From Octopus sinensis (taxonomy: Eukaryota): a stretch of 64,000 nt of DNA. The stretch spans positions 49,662,001 through 49,726,000 of the forward strand of contig NC_043006.1 of the NCBI RefSeq assembly GCF_006345805.1, in the 5' to 3' direction. The notes below the pieces were generated by a model. That model was not told the DNA's origin. It saw nothing but the letters and a program-made list of their open reading frames with translations, and ran no database searches. A program made the position numbers and the translations under genes. Positions 12,731-24,952 of the stretch are shown piece by piece (position 1 is the stretch's first letter; each line of letters starts with the position of its first letter).

Positions 12731-13499
12731 GTATGTTTGTGCTTGTATTCTACCATCGTCTGGTAACCAGTGTTGGTTTGTTTAGGCCCTATTAACATAG
12801 CGGTTCGGCGAAAGAGACTGACAGTGTAAGTACCAAACGTCAAAAATTACTACTGGCGTCGATATCTTCAACCAAATCCGTTTTGATGGTGTTCTAGTTT
12901 GCCCGTAGTCCAATGAGTGAAACGAGTTAGATGTAAAGATATGGTATTTTGCTAAGTTATCATTCATACGCCCGGTCTGGGAATCGAAACCATGATCTTC
13001 CGATCGCGAGTCCACTGCCATAACCACTGGGCTATTGCGCCCGCGCAGTAATTGTATTTGCCATGTTGTTTGTTGTTTTAGGATTGTAAGCATTTCTAGA
13101 AAGTGGATTTGTATATTAATTACTTGGATAATCTCAATCTATCGAATTTTCTCCATTCACAATATTACATTTGTGAGACTCTACCATATGTGTACCACCA
13201 ATAAAACAAGTAGCTATATTTATTTGTTTTTAAAAAAATAAGTAAGTGTAAAACAAATAGAAAATAGTTTGACTGAATGACAGTCAATTAAGACATTGAA
13301 TGTTTGAAGCGCGGCTATGTGTATGTGTGTATGTGTGTGCGTTTTGTATATGTATATATATATATCTGAATGTGTGGGTGTTCTATCTGTCATTTGTTGC
13401 TGGAATGACATTTTTTTTTCTATTTTCGAAAGCAAGCTTGTCCCTTGTGTAACATCAATAAATATGAAGAATGAGTAGCAACGACTAGTACTAACACGT

Positions 13500-13576
<77 letters not shown>

Positions 13577-13599
13577 CGCTCTCCCCCTCTTTCCACGCA

Positions 13600-14330
13600 T
13601 GCCCCTCTTCACAGAACCAATACTCTTTCTTGCTTCTATATATTTTAGTTTCAACCATTCTCCCGTGTGAAAACAGTCCTCACACGCACACACATCTAAC
13701 ACACTCCACATTTCTCTTACCTTTCCATATATCTCACCTAAAGAAAAAAGTTTATACTTGTTCTCCACTTCCCTTTGGACACTCCAGCCAGCCTCCCCGG
13801 ACCTTTTACCAGTGTAGTGTAACTTTTAAATGACTTCCAAATGACTTTTCCTCACACACAGATATCACATTTTCCCCCTTTTGCTTTTTTCTTTTTATAT
13901 TTTACCATTGTTTTCAGTTTTCAGAGTATTTCATCTTTGACTTTTCCTCTTAGTCATTTTCCACCTTCTCCCTCTTTTGTTTATTTAAGATCAAATCTTC
14001 CTTCCGCGTAGAAGCACCCCCCACCTGTACCCCTGCACACACATCTATCACACCTTCCACAATCCTCTTGATTTCCTTCTGCCTCACGCTCGTGCCCACT
14101 CCCACCTTTTCACGCTTATACATCCTTCACAAACGCTTAAGGATTACATACACCACCAACACCTCACTATAGTCCCACATATACTTCTACATACATACGC
14201 ACTTCAAAATCACACATACCATTCCTTCAAATAGTCATTTCCAAGCAAGTATAGGATGCTCTCCTATACTGACACGTATACAACTGTTCTCTCCTTCCTT
14301 TTATAGAACTGCATTCCCATATGATTCTAA
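13600..14330 (-). mobile_element. Probable decayed RTE-clade LINE endonuclease fragment
   Basis: Weak peptides DVCAGVQV and KYKLFSLGE..GKV resemble RTE APE motifs (DVC.VQE.RW, YKLFW.G). Confidence 0.35.
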
Positions 14331-14344
14331 ATCCCTCGTTCAAT

Positions 14345-14369
14345 TGTTTTCTTTCTTTCTTTCTTTCTT

Positions 14370-14404
<35 letters not shown>

Positions 14405-14850
14405 TTCTCTCTCTCTGACTGTTCCTTTTTCTCACTCTTCCTATACTTTTCTCTTTCTTGTGATAGAGGACTACCTTCTGAAATGTTACCACTCTGTCTC
14501 TTTCCATTAAAGAAGTAAGCTAAAACCGTATTTGTTCCACATTAAACAATCCTGTGCTGTCTTTTATATTGTAAAATACATAGGTAAGTACGTACATACA
14601 TACATACATACATACATACATACATACATACATACATACATACATACATTCATACATGCAGATAGACACTGAAATAAATATAGAAATGTATTAAGAAAGA
14701 AAGAAAGAAAGAGAGAGAGAAAGAGAGAGAGAATGAAAGAAAGAAAGAGAGATAGAGAGAAAGAGAGAGAGAGAAAGAAAGAGAGAGAAAGAAAGAGAGA
14801 GAAAGAGAGAAAGAAAGAAAGAGAAAAAGAACAAAAGAAAGAGAGAAAGA
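14345..14850. repeat. Compound (CT/CTTT)n, (TACA)n and (GA/GAAA)n microsatellites
   Basis: Direct reading. Confidence 0.93.
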
Positions 14851-16465
14851 ACGAAAAAACAGAGATACAAGAACGGAAGCCTTCCCAAACAAGAATTGGA
14901 GACTAAACGAAGAGAATAAAAAGAAAAGAAACAGTTTTCTATTGAAGGGGCAATTTATGCACAAGTACATTATCACAATAAGAATGGTGCGTAACGTTAC
15001 TTTTAATAAGTTCCGAAAATTAAGCAGAAACCCAACAAAGGAACAAATAGAAAATTCACACAAGACACGGAAGTTGCTCTTTCCTCGTTAGTTATCGTTC
15101 AAAATACCCTTACAATTTCACGCCGTTAAGGATATTGTTCATTTTTGGTGGTATCAAGAGAGGGGGTTGCTTATGATCGTTTGAACCGCCGTACTGCTCT
15201 CTAATGTACCTGAAGACATTCGTTAGGATTTTCAGAGTAAAGTGGGTTTGAATTGGTCCAATGTGTTCGGGGTTTCTTTCTTTCGTGTACTCATAAACCC
15301 GTAGTGCGCACTATATTAATACTCGGTCATCCAGGTTTCTAAGGAATACTTCCAGAAAAATTTCACCAAGAAATTTGTGCGATATTCTGACTTACATATC
15401 TTCGCTTTCATCCAGCATAACGCTGCTGTGATCCTATGATATTTTGTTGAGGAGGCGGAGGATCCTCTCCCTGTATTGTTGTCGTTTGTTAGGATTAACT
15501 CTTCTTTTTGTGCTCTTCTTTATGCATACCTCTTATATTTTCAGTGATGATTTATTCTTCATGGTTTTCTTGCTTCTCCAGATCATCACTTCAAAATCAA
15601 AATTAGTTGTAATAAAGATCTTTAATTATACATTCTAATTTTCTCCGATAATCTGTAGTATTATGTATTTTGCATCGATTCGTGATTATGACGAAATTAA
15701 CAACATATTTTAATACATGCACTATTACTTATATTACTAATAATATTACAAATAGCCAAACTCTCTTAGCGTTTCGCAGCAAATTGTGATTTACAAGAAT
15801 AGAATAAAGTAGATTTATTCTAGGTTGGAACAAATTCTGCATAGAATATTCTAGATTAAGGTAAGTCTATTTCGTTGGATATAATCTAACTTAATCTTGA
15901 TTTTATTGAAATATTTATACAGTAAAAAATGCAGAATATCTAATATCATTACATGAGTTACCAAGAAAAATACAGCACCCTCCCTCATGCATACATTCAT
16001 AGATACATACATACATTATGTATACATACACAAACACACATACACACATTATAGATCAATTTCTAGCTTAGAGGTATAAAATTCCTTTGCCGTCTTCAGT
16101 ATAATATACCCCGTAGAACATAACTGCAAATATTAATAATACCCCTTCGAATAATACATATCCCCACGTATATATACATATATTCATACGTATATACGTG
16201 TCAAATCTAATTTATTCACATCAACCACGTGTGTTTACGACCAAAATAATACCGCAGTCAACATAAAGTGATCGGAGTAAATAATAACATTATTAAGGAT
16301 AAAATCATTATCAAGATTTTATCATGTGGCCAGTATATAATAAAAAAACGTATAGGTAACAATACTAATATATAATTATTTAAAGGCAGCGAGCTGGCAG
16401 AAACGCCGGGCAAAATGATTAGCGGTATTTCGTTTGAATTTACGTTTAAACACATGAGACATCCG

Positions 16466-17063
16466 TCATAGGACTCCTTGCACGCTAGACAGAACAGTTA
16501 AATTCCAAACCACTATTAGGGATAAAACTACGAAAGGAATGAAAAATAAAAACATTTACCATCTAAATCCTGGACCATGGATGCCTCTTACGTGTTTAAA
16601 TACATATTGTATTTATATGAATAATATATAGTCTATTGACTAAATTTTTACACGCTAGGCCACTGGTAGTAGACATTTCTAATATTTCTTATTACCCTTG
16701 ATATCATTAATTATTGAAAAAGTTTTCTGGATAATTTTCGTATTGGAAAGCTGGCATTTTCGTTTACTGCCGACAAGGAGCTGCGCTTGCGCGGTAAATT
16801 TTGAAAAATTAGAATGTATAAGATCGGGGCATATACTAGAGTTCCTCCTGTATATATGTTTAAGGTGTATCTGCGGAAGAAGACTTCGCCTAGCAAATTA
16901 TTTTGTTTGCTAAAAAAGTCTGAAACCATGGTCCAAGATTTAGATGGTAAGTGTTTTTATTTTTCATTCCCTTCGAAGTTTTATTCTAATAGTGGTTTGG
17001 AATTTAACTGTTCTGTCTAGCATGCAAGGAGTCCTATGATGGATGCCTCTTATGTGTTTAAAT
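16466..17063. mobile_element. Non-autonomous Penelope-like insertion with inverted 3' arm and 25-bp direct repeats
   Basis: Inverted arms 16466-16580 / 16926-17039 (about 90% by eye); direct repeat ATGGATGCCTCTTAYGTGTTTAAAT at 16577 and 17039; internal hammerhead-like motif. Confidence 0.6.
16868..16940 (+). ncRNA. Hammerhead-like motif with extended stem II and palindromic stem III (degenerate core)
   Basis: atctg CGGAAGA AGACTT..(TAGCAAA hairpin)..AAGTCT GAAAC CATG GTC caagat. ACCATGGT is self-complementary; GUC site; U4 reads G. Confidence 0.55.
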
Positions 17064-17128
17064 GTAACACTGTATATATATATATATTATTAGCTAAACT
17101 GGCAAAATGACTATTCCGAAATACAACA

Positions 17129-17193
<65 letters not shown>

Positions 17194-17198
17194 TATAT

Positions 17199-17420
17199 AT
17201 CGGTCCGATATGGTAATAATGGAATTTTTTAGAAATTTCTGTCGACCTTTTTTCGAGTAGCGTGCGTATTGTGAAAAAATTATATGGTTAATGGACAATA
17301 TGTCCAATTTTTCGGCATATTTGGCATTAGAAATTTTTTCGTTTGCCCTTATTTATGAATTGTTTATAAATTTAACCTTTAAATGTATTTTTTAATATGC
17401 TGGCCATTGATAAAATTTTT
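17199..17420 (+). mobile_element. Single-arm copy of the family that forms the 60.7-61.0 kb fold-back, flanked by (TA)n
   Basis: ATCGGTCCGATATGGTAATAATGGAATTTTTTAGAAATTTCTGTCG... matches 60828-61050. Confidence 0.7.
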
Positions 17421-17468
17421 TTGAAAAAAATTTTATCCTACATTATATATATCCTACATTATATATAT

Positions 17469-17516
<48 letters not shown>

Positions 17517-18307
17517 AATATATGGATATAAGACGTCAACAACGGTTCAAATATGAAATACGTGAACAAGAGTAAAAATGTCGACTTTCTATCCACTCCT
17601 CATTTCGGGCATACGCACAGAGACATATGTACATACATATACAAATAAATATATACTCAATCATATATAGTCGAACATACATTCATGATCATAATGTCAT
17701 ACTATATATACACACACACGTAGATACTTGCGTAAACAAGCACACGCAATATGTTTCTACACATTAATATATTTACGCGTACATTCATATGCATATATAC
17801 ATATATTCCTATATACACACATATACACATATTTATACGAATCTGTATATACAAACTTATATACATATATAACCATGCATCTACTTATAAAACATATTTC
17901 TTAGATCTGAAAGTATGACAAAATAGTTATACATAAAACGGAACTGTAATTACTTATTTATAATTTAGAGTATTACAGATGTATCAAACAACAGAAATAG
18001 CATATGGTAATCTAGTTTAGATGGAGAATTACTTCCCTATTTCAGAATATATATTTTTAGAATATAGCAGTTATTGGTAAAAGTACAGTAGTTCCTTTCA
18101 TCATCGAAAACAAGAATAATGAAATACAGAAAAGAGAAATATAAAAGGAAAAAAAACCTACAAAATAAATTCAACTGACCTTAAAGTGTTATTTTTAGAA
18201 AGCGTAAACAAAAAAAGAGAGAATGGAGAAGAGGCGGAGACAAGTGAGATGGGTAGTTGCTGAAGAGGTCACAGGATGTGTGGCGAAAGATTTCAGACAA
18301 AGGACAC

Positions 18308-18337
18308 TATAATAATAATATTAATAATAATAATAAT

Positions 18338-18371
<34 letters not shown>
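18308..18371. repeat. (AAT)n microsatellite abutting the R4/Dong-like element
   Basis: Direct reading. Confidence 0.95.
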
Positions 18372-19366
18372 GAGCCGTCCCAGTTATAAGTGACAGCTAC
18401 AATATCTTTAACTGGACACTAAATGAACTAACCAAAATAGACAGGAAAACTAGAAAAATAATGACAGGATCTAGGAGGTACCACCCAAAATCTGACATAG
18501 AAAGGCTATATATGCAATGTATAGAAGGTGGTAGAGGCCTTATACAGCTGGAAAACTATTATAAAATAACCACCATAGGACTGCAAAAATATCTACTGTT
18601 TTCAGTATTTAAGGAAGCTGACAAATACAAACAAGAAGTCATACTACTTAACAAATATGAAGAAGAAGAAGAAGAAGAAGAAGAAGAAGAAGAAGAAGAA
18701 ACAGCAAAAGCTATAAGACAAATGAAATCCAAACTAAAACTAGAACAGCAACGGACCTTGTTAAAACGATGGCCGAGAACAATCTCAGCAATGGTTGAGG
18801 AGCTCAGGACACAAAGCAGAGACTGAAGGGTTTTTAAATACAGCACAAGACCAAAGCTTCCCTACCAGAAATTACCAAAAATATATAATGAAAAGAAACA
18901 TAACAAGTAACTGCAGAATATGTGGAGATGGACAAGAAACAATAAATCATATTATCTCTGACTGCCCAGTCCTGGCTAAGAAGGAATATATTCACAGACA
19001 CGACAGAGTTGGGACTTACATACACTGGAAGCTATATCAACACTATGGAATAGCAACAGAAAAAAGATGGTATAAGCACACGCCAGAAAAGGTCACAGAA
19101 AACGAGAAAGCAACCATACTCTGGGATATGCCAATACACAGATAGAGAAATACGACAGATAGAGAAATTAAGGGCAATACGCCAGATATAGTTGTCAGAG
19201 ATCATGAAGAAAAAAAATGCTTTCTCATTGATGTATAAATATCAGCAGATGACAACGTTTCTCTAAAAGAAACGGAGAAACTTTCAAAATATAAAGACCA
19301 GGAAATAGAGGTAACTCGAATGTGGAATCAAAAAAACAGAAACAATTCCTATCATAGCGGGCGCAA
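18372..19366 (+). mobile_element. R4/Dong-like RLE non-LTR retrotransposon, 3' portion, degenerate
   Basis: AVPVIS..NIFNWTLNELTKIDRKTRK..HPKSDIERLY..EGGRGL; CCHC knuckle CRICGDGQETINHIISDCP; PD-(D/E)xK endonuclease PDIVV..LID..KETEKLSKYKD..PIIAGA. An internal (GAA)n expansion is present. Confidence 0.85.
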
Positions 19367-20155
19367 TTAGGGTTAGGGTTAGTAAAGCAAAAAAAGTGCT
19401 TGACTAAAAATTCTGGGCAGTCACTTCTAAATTATGTAGTGTATTATATCAAAATATATTCTAGATATTGTGTCTCGGGACGGTCAATATGCCAATAAGA
19501 AGCACAAAGACACGCACTGTATGTATTTCACTTCTTTTATTAATATTAGTCAACTGATTAACCAATTAACCAATGTTTGATTGATCGTTCAGCAAGTTTC
19601 ATCAAAATCCTTTAGCCACTATTCACTGCGTACCCTCTCTATTCCAGGCTTGTTTGTCTCCTAGTTTTTTAGAATCTATTTATATATATATTTATAGGAT
19701 GTGAATGAGAATTGGAAAAGAAGAGTGTATGTGTGAGTGTGTCTGTGTACGTGCCTGCGTGCTTGTTTGCGTATGATGTGGATTTTATAAAAGTATGAGA
19801 GACAGCATGTTTGTGAATGTGCACGCGTGTCCGTGTATATGCACAGTGTGAATTCTGTGAATGGTGTGAGTGGTTAAACGTTTATTTATCCTATCGTTAG
19901 CGCTTGAAAATGACCTGCGTGCTCGTTGGAATGCATTGGTGTACGTGTGTTTATGGGCATTCAAATCTAATTATTATATATATTTTGGAGATGATGCAGT
20001 TCATACGACAATTAAGTGACTTGTAATTTCCTTCCTAAGTCAAGCGAATAAAGAATTTATCTATCAATGTATTATACTGTACATAAACACACATACCTCT
20101 CTCTCTCTCTCACACATACAAAATACATAAACACATACACACGCACGATCATGCA

Positions 20156-20198
<43 letters not shown>

Positions 20199-20257
20199 AA
20201 CATAATGGCACATGCGCCAATATATGCTTACTAACCTATAGGTTTAGAACTTTTCTC

Positions 20258-21345
20258 TCTGGCGGGAGTGGTCGAGACTGTTAGCATATTCGCTGCAATA
20301 TCCGATTGATACAATTACATTCTGAGTTCAAATTCCGACGAGGTCGACTTTGCCTTTTATCCTTTCGGTGTCGATAAATTAAGTACAAGTTCCGTACTGG
20401 GGACGATCTAATCGACTGACTCCTCCCCCAAAATTTCAGGGCCTTGTGCCTTGAATAGAAAAAAATATCTGATTGATGCAGAAAAGCGGTGAGCTGGCAG
20501 AATCGTTAGTACGCCGAGCGAAATGCTTAGTGTTATTTCGCCCGTTTTTACATTCTGAGTTCAAATTCCACCGAGGTCGACTTTACCTTTCATTCTTTCG
20601 GGGTCGACCAATTAAGTACCAGTTGCGTACTGAGTTCGATCTGTTCGACTGGACCCCTGCTCCAAAATTTCGGGTCTTGTGCCTAGAGAAGGAAAGAATA
20701 AACTGCTAAAGGCGGCGAGCTGGCAGAAACGTTAGCACGCCGGGCGAAATGCATAACCGTATTTCGTCTGCCGTTACGTTCTCAGTTCAAATTCCGACGA
20801 GGTCGACTTTGCCTTTCATCCTTTCGGGGTCGATAAATTAAGTACCAGTTACGCACTGGGGTCGATATAATCGACTTAATGTGTTTGTCTGTCCTTGTTT
20901 GTCCTCTCAGTGTTAAGCCCCTTGTGGGTAGTAAAGAAATAGCTATTTCGTCCGTTTTTACATTCTGAGTTCAAATTCTACCGAGGTCGACTTTGCCTTC
21001 CATCCTTTCAGGGTCGATAAATTAAATACCAGTTGCGTACTGGGATCGATCTAATCGACTGACCCTATACCCCAAAATTTCGGGTCTTGTGCCTAGAGAC
21101 GAAAAGAATAAACTGCTAAAGGCGGCGAGCTGGCAGAGACGTTAGCACGCCGGGTGAAATGCTTAGCAGCATTTCATGTCTTTACGTTCTGATTTCAAAT
21201 TCCACCGAGGTCGACTTTGCCTTTCATTCTTTCGGGGTTGATAAATTAAGTACCAGTTGCATACTGTGGTCGATCTAATCGACTGGCCCCCTCCGCAAAA
21301 CTTTCGGGCCTTGTGCCTAGTGTAGAAAAGAATATCTGATTGATA
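20258..21345 (+). mobile_element. Tandem array of about five SINE-A units
   Basis: Core TTCTGAGTTCAAATTCC..GAGGTCGACTTT repeats at about 20322, 20555, 20780, 20963 and 21189. Confidence 0.9.
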
Positions 21346-22099
21346 CAGCGCTTGCCAAGCAATTTAATATCAAGATGCATATACATGGTGGTATGCATCA
21401 TCAATACTCAGAAATGCACATATGCAGAGGGTCATAAACGATCCTATATAGTTTATAGTTTTATTTGTGGCGGGTGGCGGTGATGGTGTGGTCATTACAC
21501 TTTACCCGAGTCTTAATGATTTTCATTCAGTTATTAGCGTAGGTTCACACATCTATCGTGACGTTGTATCAGACAGTATATCAATTTCATGTAATTCTAA
21601 CATTATTAAAAGGTGTAATGTAAGGTATTTTATATTGACACTTACTCCCAACTAAGGCATGATTATAATATGGAAGAAGGGACCTAAAATAACTGCTCAT
21701 TAGCGGAAATCCTGCAGAGTCATAACAAAAGTTTTAGGTAATAGTTTTAGGGTGACTAGATCATTTGCGGTAAGAATAGCAAAGGCCATTATTTAGATTA
21801 AGTGTTGCAGAAAGAATGGCCTCTGTGTCTTATTTTTAGAAAAAAGATTGAAGATCCTTTCAAATTCTATCAATAGTTATGTATGTATGTATGTATGCAA
21901 ATTATGAAAGAGAATTGGAAAGAGAGAAAGAGAGAAAGAAAGAGAATGAGAGAGAGAGGGTGAATGAGATAGAAGAGAGCAGTTTGTAGTTCCGTAAAAA
22001 CTGACAGTTTTTACGGAAGCCCTTATATCAACCATGATTTTCAATAATAATAATAATAATAATAATAATAATTATTATTATTATCATTATTATTATTAT

Positions 22100-22430
22100 G
22101 ATTGATGGATTCAATGATTCATACCGTCAGATTAAACATCGAAAACCTGACATTGTTGTAGTGAATAGAAAAGGAAAAAACACCCGATAATTGACATGTT
22201 CTGGCAAGAACAGGATTGAAGAGAAAGAAGAAAAAGTGAACCACTATGATGAAGTACGCAGATTGTGTGTACTGAAGAAAGTGGACGCAATACTATTAGT
22301 GATTGGTGCACTTGGAAGTATCAGTACCCAACTACCAACATGGACGCCCTCTCCCCCCCCAAATGGAATGAATGTAAAGATAAAAAACACCTTGTTACGT
22401 TGCAAAAGTCCTCCGCAGGGTTCTTGAAGC
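22100..22430 (+). mobile_element. R4/Dong-like RLE endonuclease C-terminal fragment
   Basis: IKHRKPDIVVVNRK...RIEEKEEKVNHY...LLVIGALGSI; flanked by (AAT)n tracts. Confidence 0.7.
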
Positions 22431-22527
22431 ATGATCAGCAAGCAAGCGCCACCTTAGTCTGCTGGCTGTGCGTGGGCAACTGACACTTTTCATCATACCC
22501 AGCAGAATAAAGCTGAGTTTTCATGAT

Positions 22528-22561
<34 letters not shown>

Positions 22562-22566
22562 TAATA

Positions 22567-22895
22567 ATCCTTTCTACTCAAATTAACAACCAAGCAATGC
22601 CATTAATTATGAGGACAATTCTGTTAGCAATTTTTCACAATATTACTTTAGTTAATAACATTTCTTGAGAATTACAACTTTCTCTAAAACACGTGTTGTA
22701 CTTTAAACAACACTGGGGAAGACAACAACTCGATTACATCAACCCTAGTGTATCAGTGGTACTTAATTTATCGACCCCCCCCCCCGGAAGAATGAAAGGC
22801 TTAGTTGACCCCGGCAGAATTTGAACTCTGAACGTAAAGACCTACAAAATGCCGCTAGGCATTTTGACTGGCGTGCTAACGATTCTGACGGCTCG
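22567..22895 (-). mobile_element. SINE-A interrupted by a 136-bp insertion
   Basis: ATCCTTTCTACT tail at 22567; the body resumes near 22716 and runs through GAATTTGAACTCTGAACG to the head. Confidence 0.7.
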
Positions 22896-24138
22896 TCAAG
22901 GATTTTGATAATTACATGGGCTGTACCATTACTGAGATGCTGTACTCCTTTTCTAAAATAGACAAAGAGAGAACAGCTGGAATTATATAGAAGAACTGGG
23001 ACGCTACTCATAATGCACAACGAACATTATGATTTTCTCTAGCTAGTAGTATCCAAAAAGTCACTGAAATAGTTAAAGAATTCAAATTTGAGATTAATAA
23101 ATTTCAAAGAGCAAACTCAGTATCTGTGGAAAAGGGGACAAAAGTATTAGCCATCTCTTAAGTCAAAGCAGTAATCTTGTATGAAAAGAGCTCATGTACA
23201 GGGATGGCCGTATCAGTAAAAGAGTGCATCGGGATGTTAGTCAAATGTGTACATTCAAGACGACAGAAAAGTGGCATGAACTCGAGCCAGACGTTGTGAG
23301 ACTGAACAATAATTACAGGATTTTATGAGATTTCTACATTTACCCATGTACGAAAGGTTCTGCTTGGTATTCAACGCAACGCAAACTAGGTATGCAGAAT
23401 TTGAAAGTAACGCTCAAAACAAATGTCCCATATATCTGTTTAAAAGTTTAAAAAAAAATCTAGGGCAGAGTGTGAGGCTAAGCGAATTTGTCAGTGACTA
23501 ATTTTCATACAGCTGCAGTGGAACTGTGCAGTGACTAGTTCATAGTGGTGTGGGGATAATTTTGACACCTCGTGAAATAAATAAATACTGAATATAACAG
23601 CTTTTAGTGTATTTTAGATGGCTAAAATAGCTCTTCCACCATGCAACAGCTATCCAAGTATATAAATCTGGCTATAGAAATAATCAGCATGTGGGGGAAA
23701 GAAACAGAAACAATCTGTATGGTAGTTAGTGCATTGAGAATAATAAAAGCTATGCAGACAAATATATAACCAAATCCCTCTAATTTATTTACATGTCAAT
23801 GACTGCATGTGTTTTTCCAAGTTCCAGTAGAAATTTAACACAAAGGCAACAAAAGGGTTCATTTGATTAAAATAGTGTATATGAAGAAAGCAGCAAAAAC
23901 TAAACGGAAAGGTAGCGTTGTAGCCGTAACTGAAGCGAGAATAGTAGCCATGAAGATATGCCAATGAAAATTATTAGCTTTCAAAAGCACAGCTTGTAAC
24001 TTCAGTGTTGTTTAAAGTACAACACGTGTTTTAGAGAAAGTTGTAATTCTCAAGAAATGTTATTAACTAAAGTAATATTGTGAAAAATTGCTAACAGAAT
24101 TGTCCTCATAATTAATGGCATTGCTTGGTTGTTAATTT
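22580..24138. repeat. Pair of identical 136-bp inverted repeats (22580-22715 / 24003-24138)
   Basis: AAATTAACAACCAAGCAATGCC...TTTAAACAACACTG is the exact reverse complement of 24003-24138 as read base by base. Confidence 0.92.
23150..23345 (+). mobile_element. Highly decayed R4/Dong-like fragment
   Basis: ...EKWHELEPDVVRLNNNYRIL*DFYI aligns by eye with KRWYKHTPEKVTENEKATILWDMPI of the 18.8-19.1 kb copy. Confidence 0.5.
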
Positions 24139-24952
24139 AATCGAATGTTTTTATACACATAACTCGTGACTATGAATCATTTTATCTCCCATAAGTATTG
24201 AGAAAATAACGACTGATCAAAAAATGATACTAAACCACAGTAGCACAACACAACTCGCACTACAACATAATACAACACTGCCGGGGAACTCCAATAGAAC
24301 ACAATATAAACACACTACAGCCCAACATGAATGAAATGATCAAGGAAAAAACAGCTCCAAACTTCACAGTATTAGGTAATACTTGTCTCTAATTTAGGTA
24401 CAGGGCCAGCAGGTTTTGGATGAAAGACCAGTCAATGCTAACGACCCGAGTAGTTGACAGGTACTTTATTTTATGGGCCCCGGAAAGATAAAGTTGACCT
24501 CGGCGGGACAATTATCGCATGACATTTTATCCGGCTTTCCAACAATTTCTCCAATCGATCACTTTGCCTGTGCTACGTAATGAATGTTTATAATTTAGAT
24601 ACAAGGTCTGAAATTTGGAAGAGAAGGCTAGTCGATTACTTTGACCCAATTAGTACTTGATTGGTACATAATTATATCGACTCGGAAGGAAAAAAATTAA
24701 GGTTGATCTCGATGGGATTTGAACTCTGAATTTAGAAGTAGTAAGAAATACAGCTAGACATTAGGTCAGATTCTCTAGCAATTTTACCAATCCAACGCAC
24801 TAGTACTACGTAATAATTGTGTCTGGTTTGTCACCCATCTCAATCGTAACTATGACGGATGTTGCTAAAACTCGGTGATCGGACGACTTAATTTTGGCAC
24901 AAGTCCAGTACTTTTGATGGAAAGGGTATAGTCAATTATAACGAAGCCAAAC

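Noticed and set aside
15080-15640. Coding-like block on the minus strand
   Set aside because: Multiple stops and no recognisable motif.
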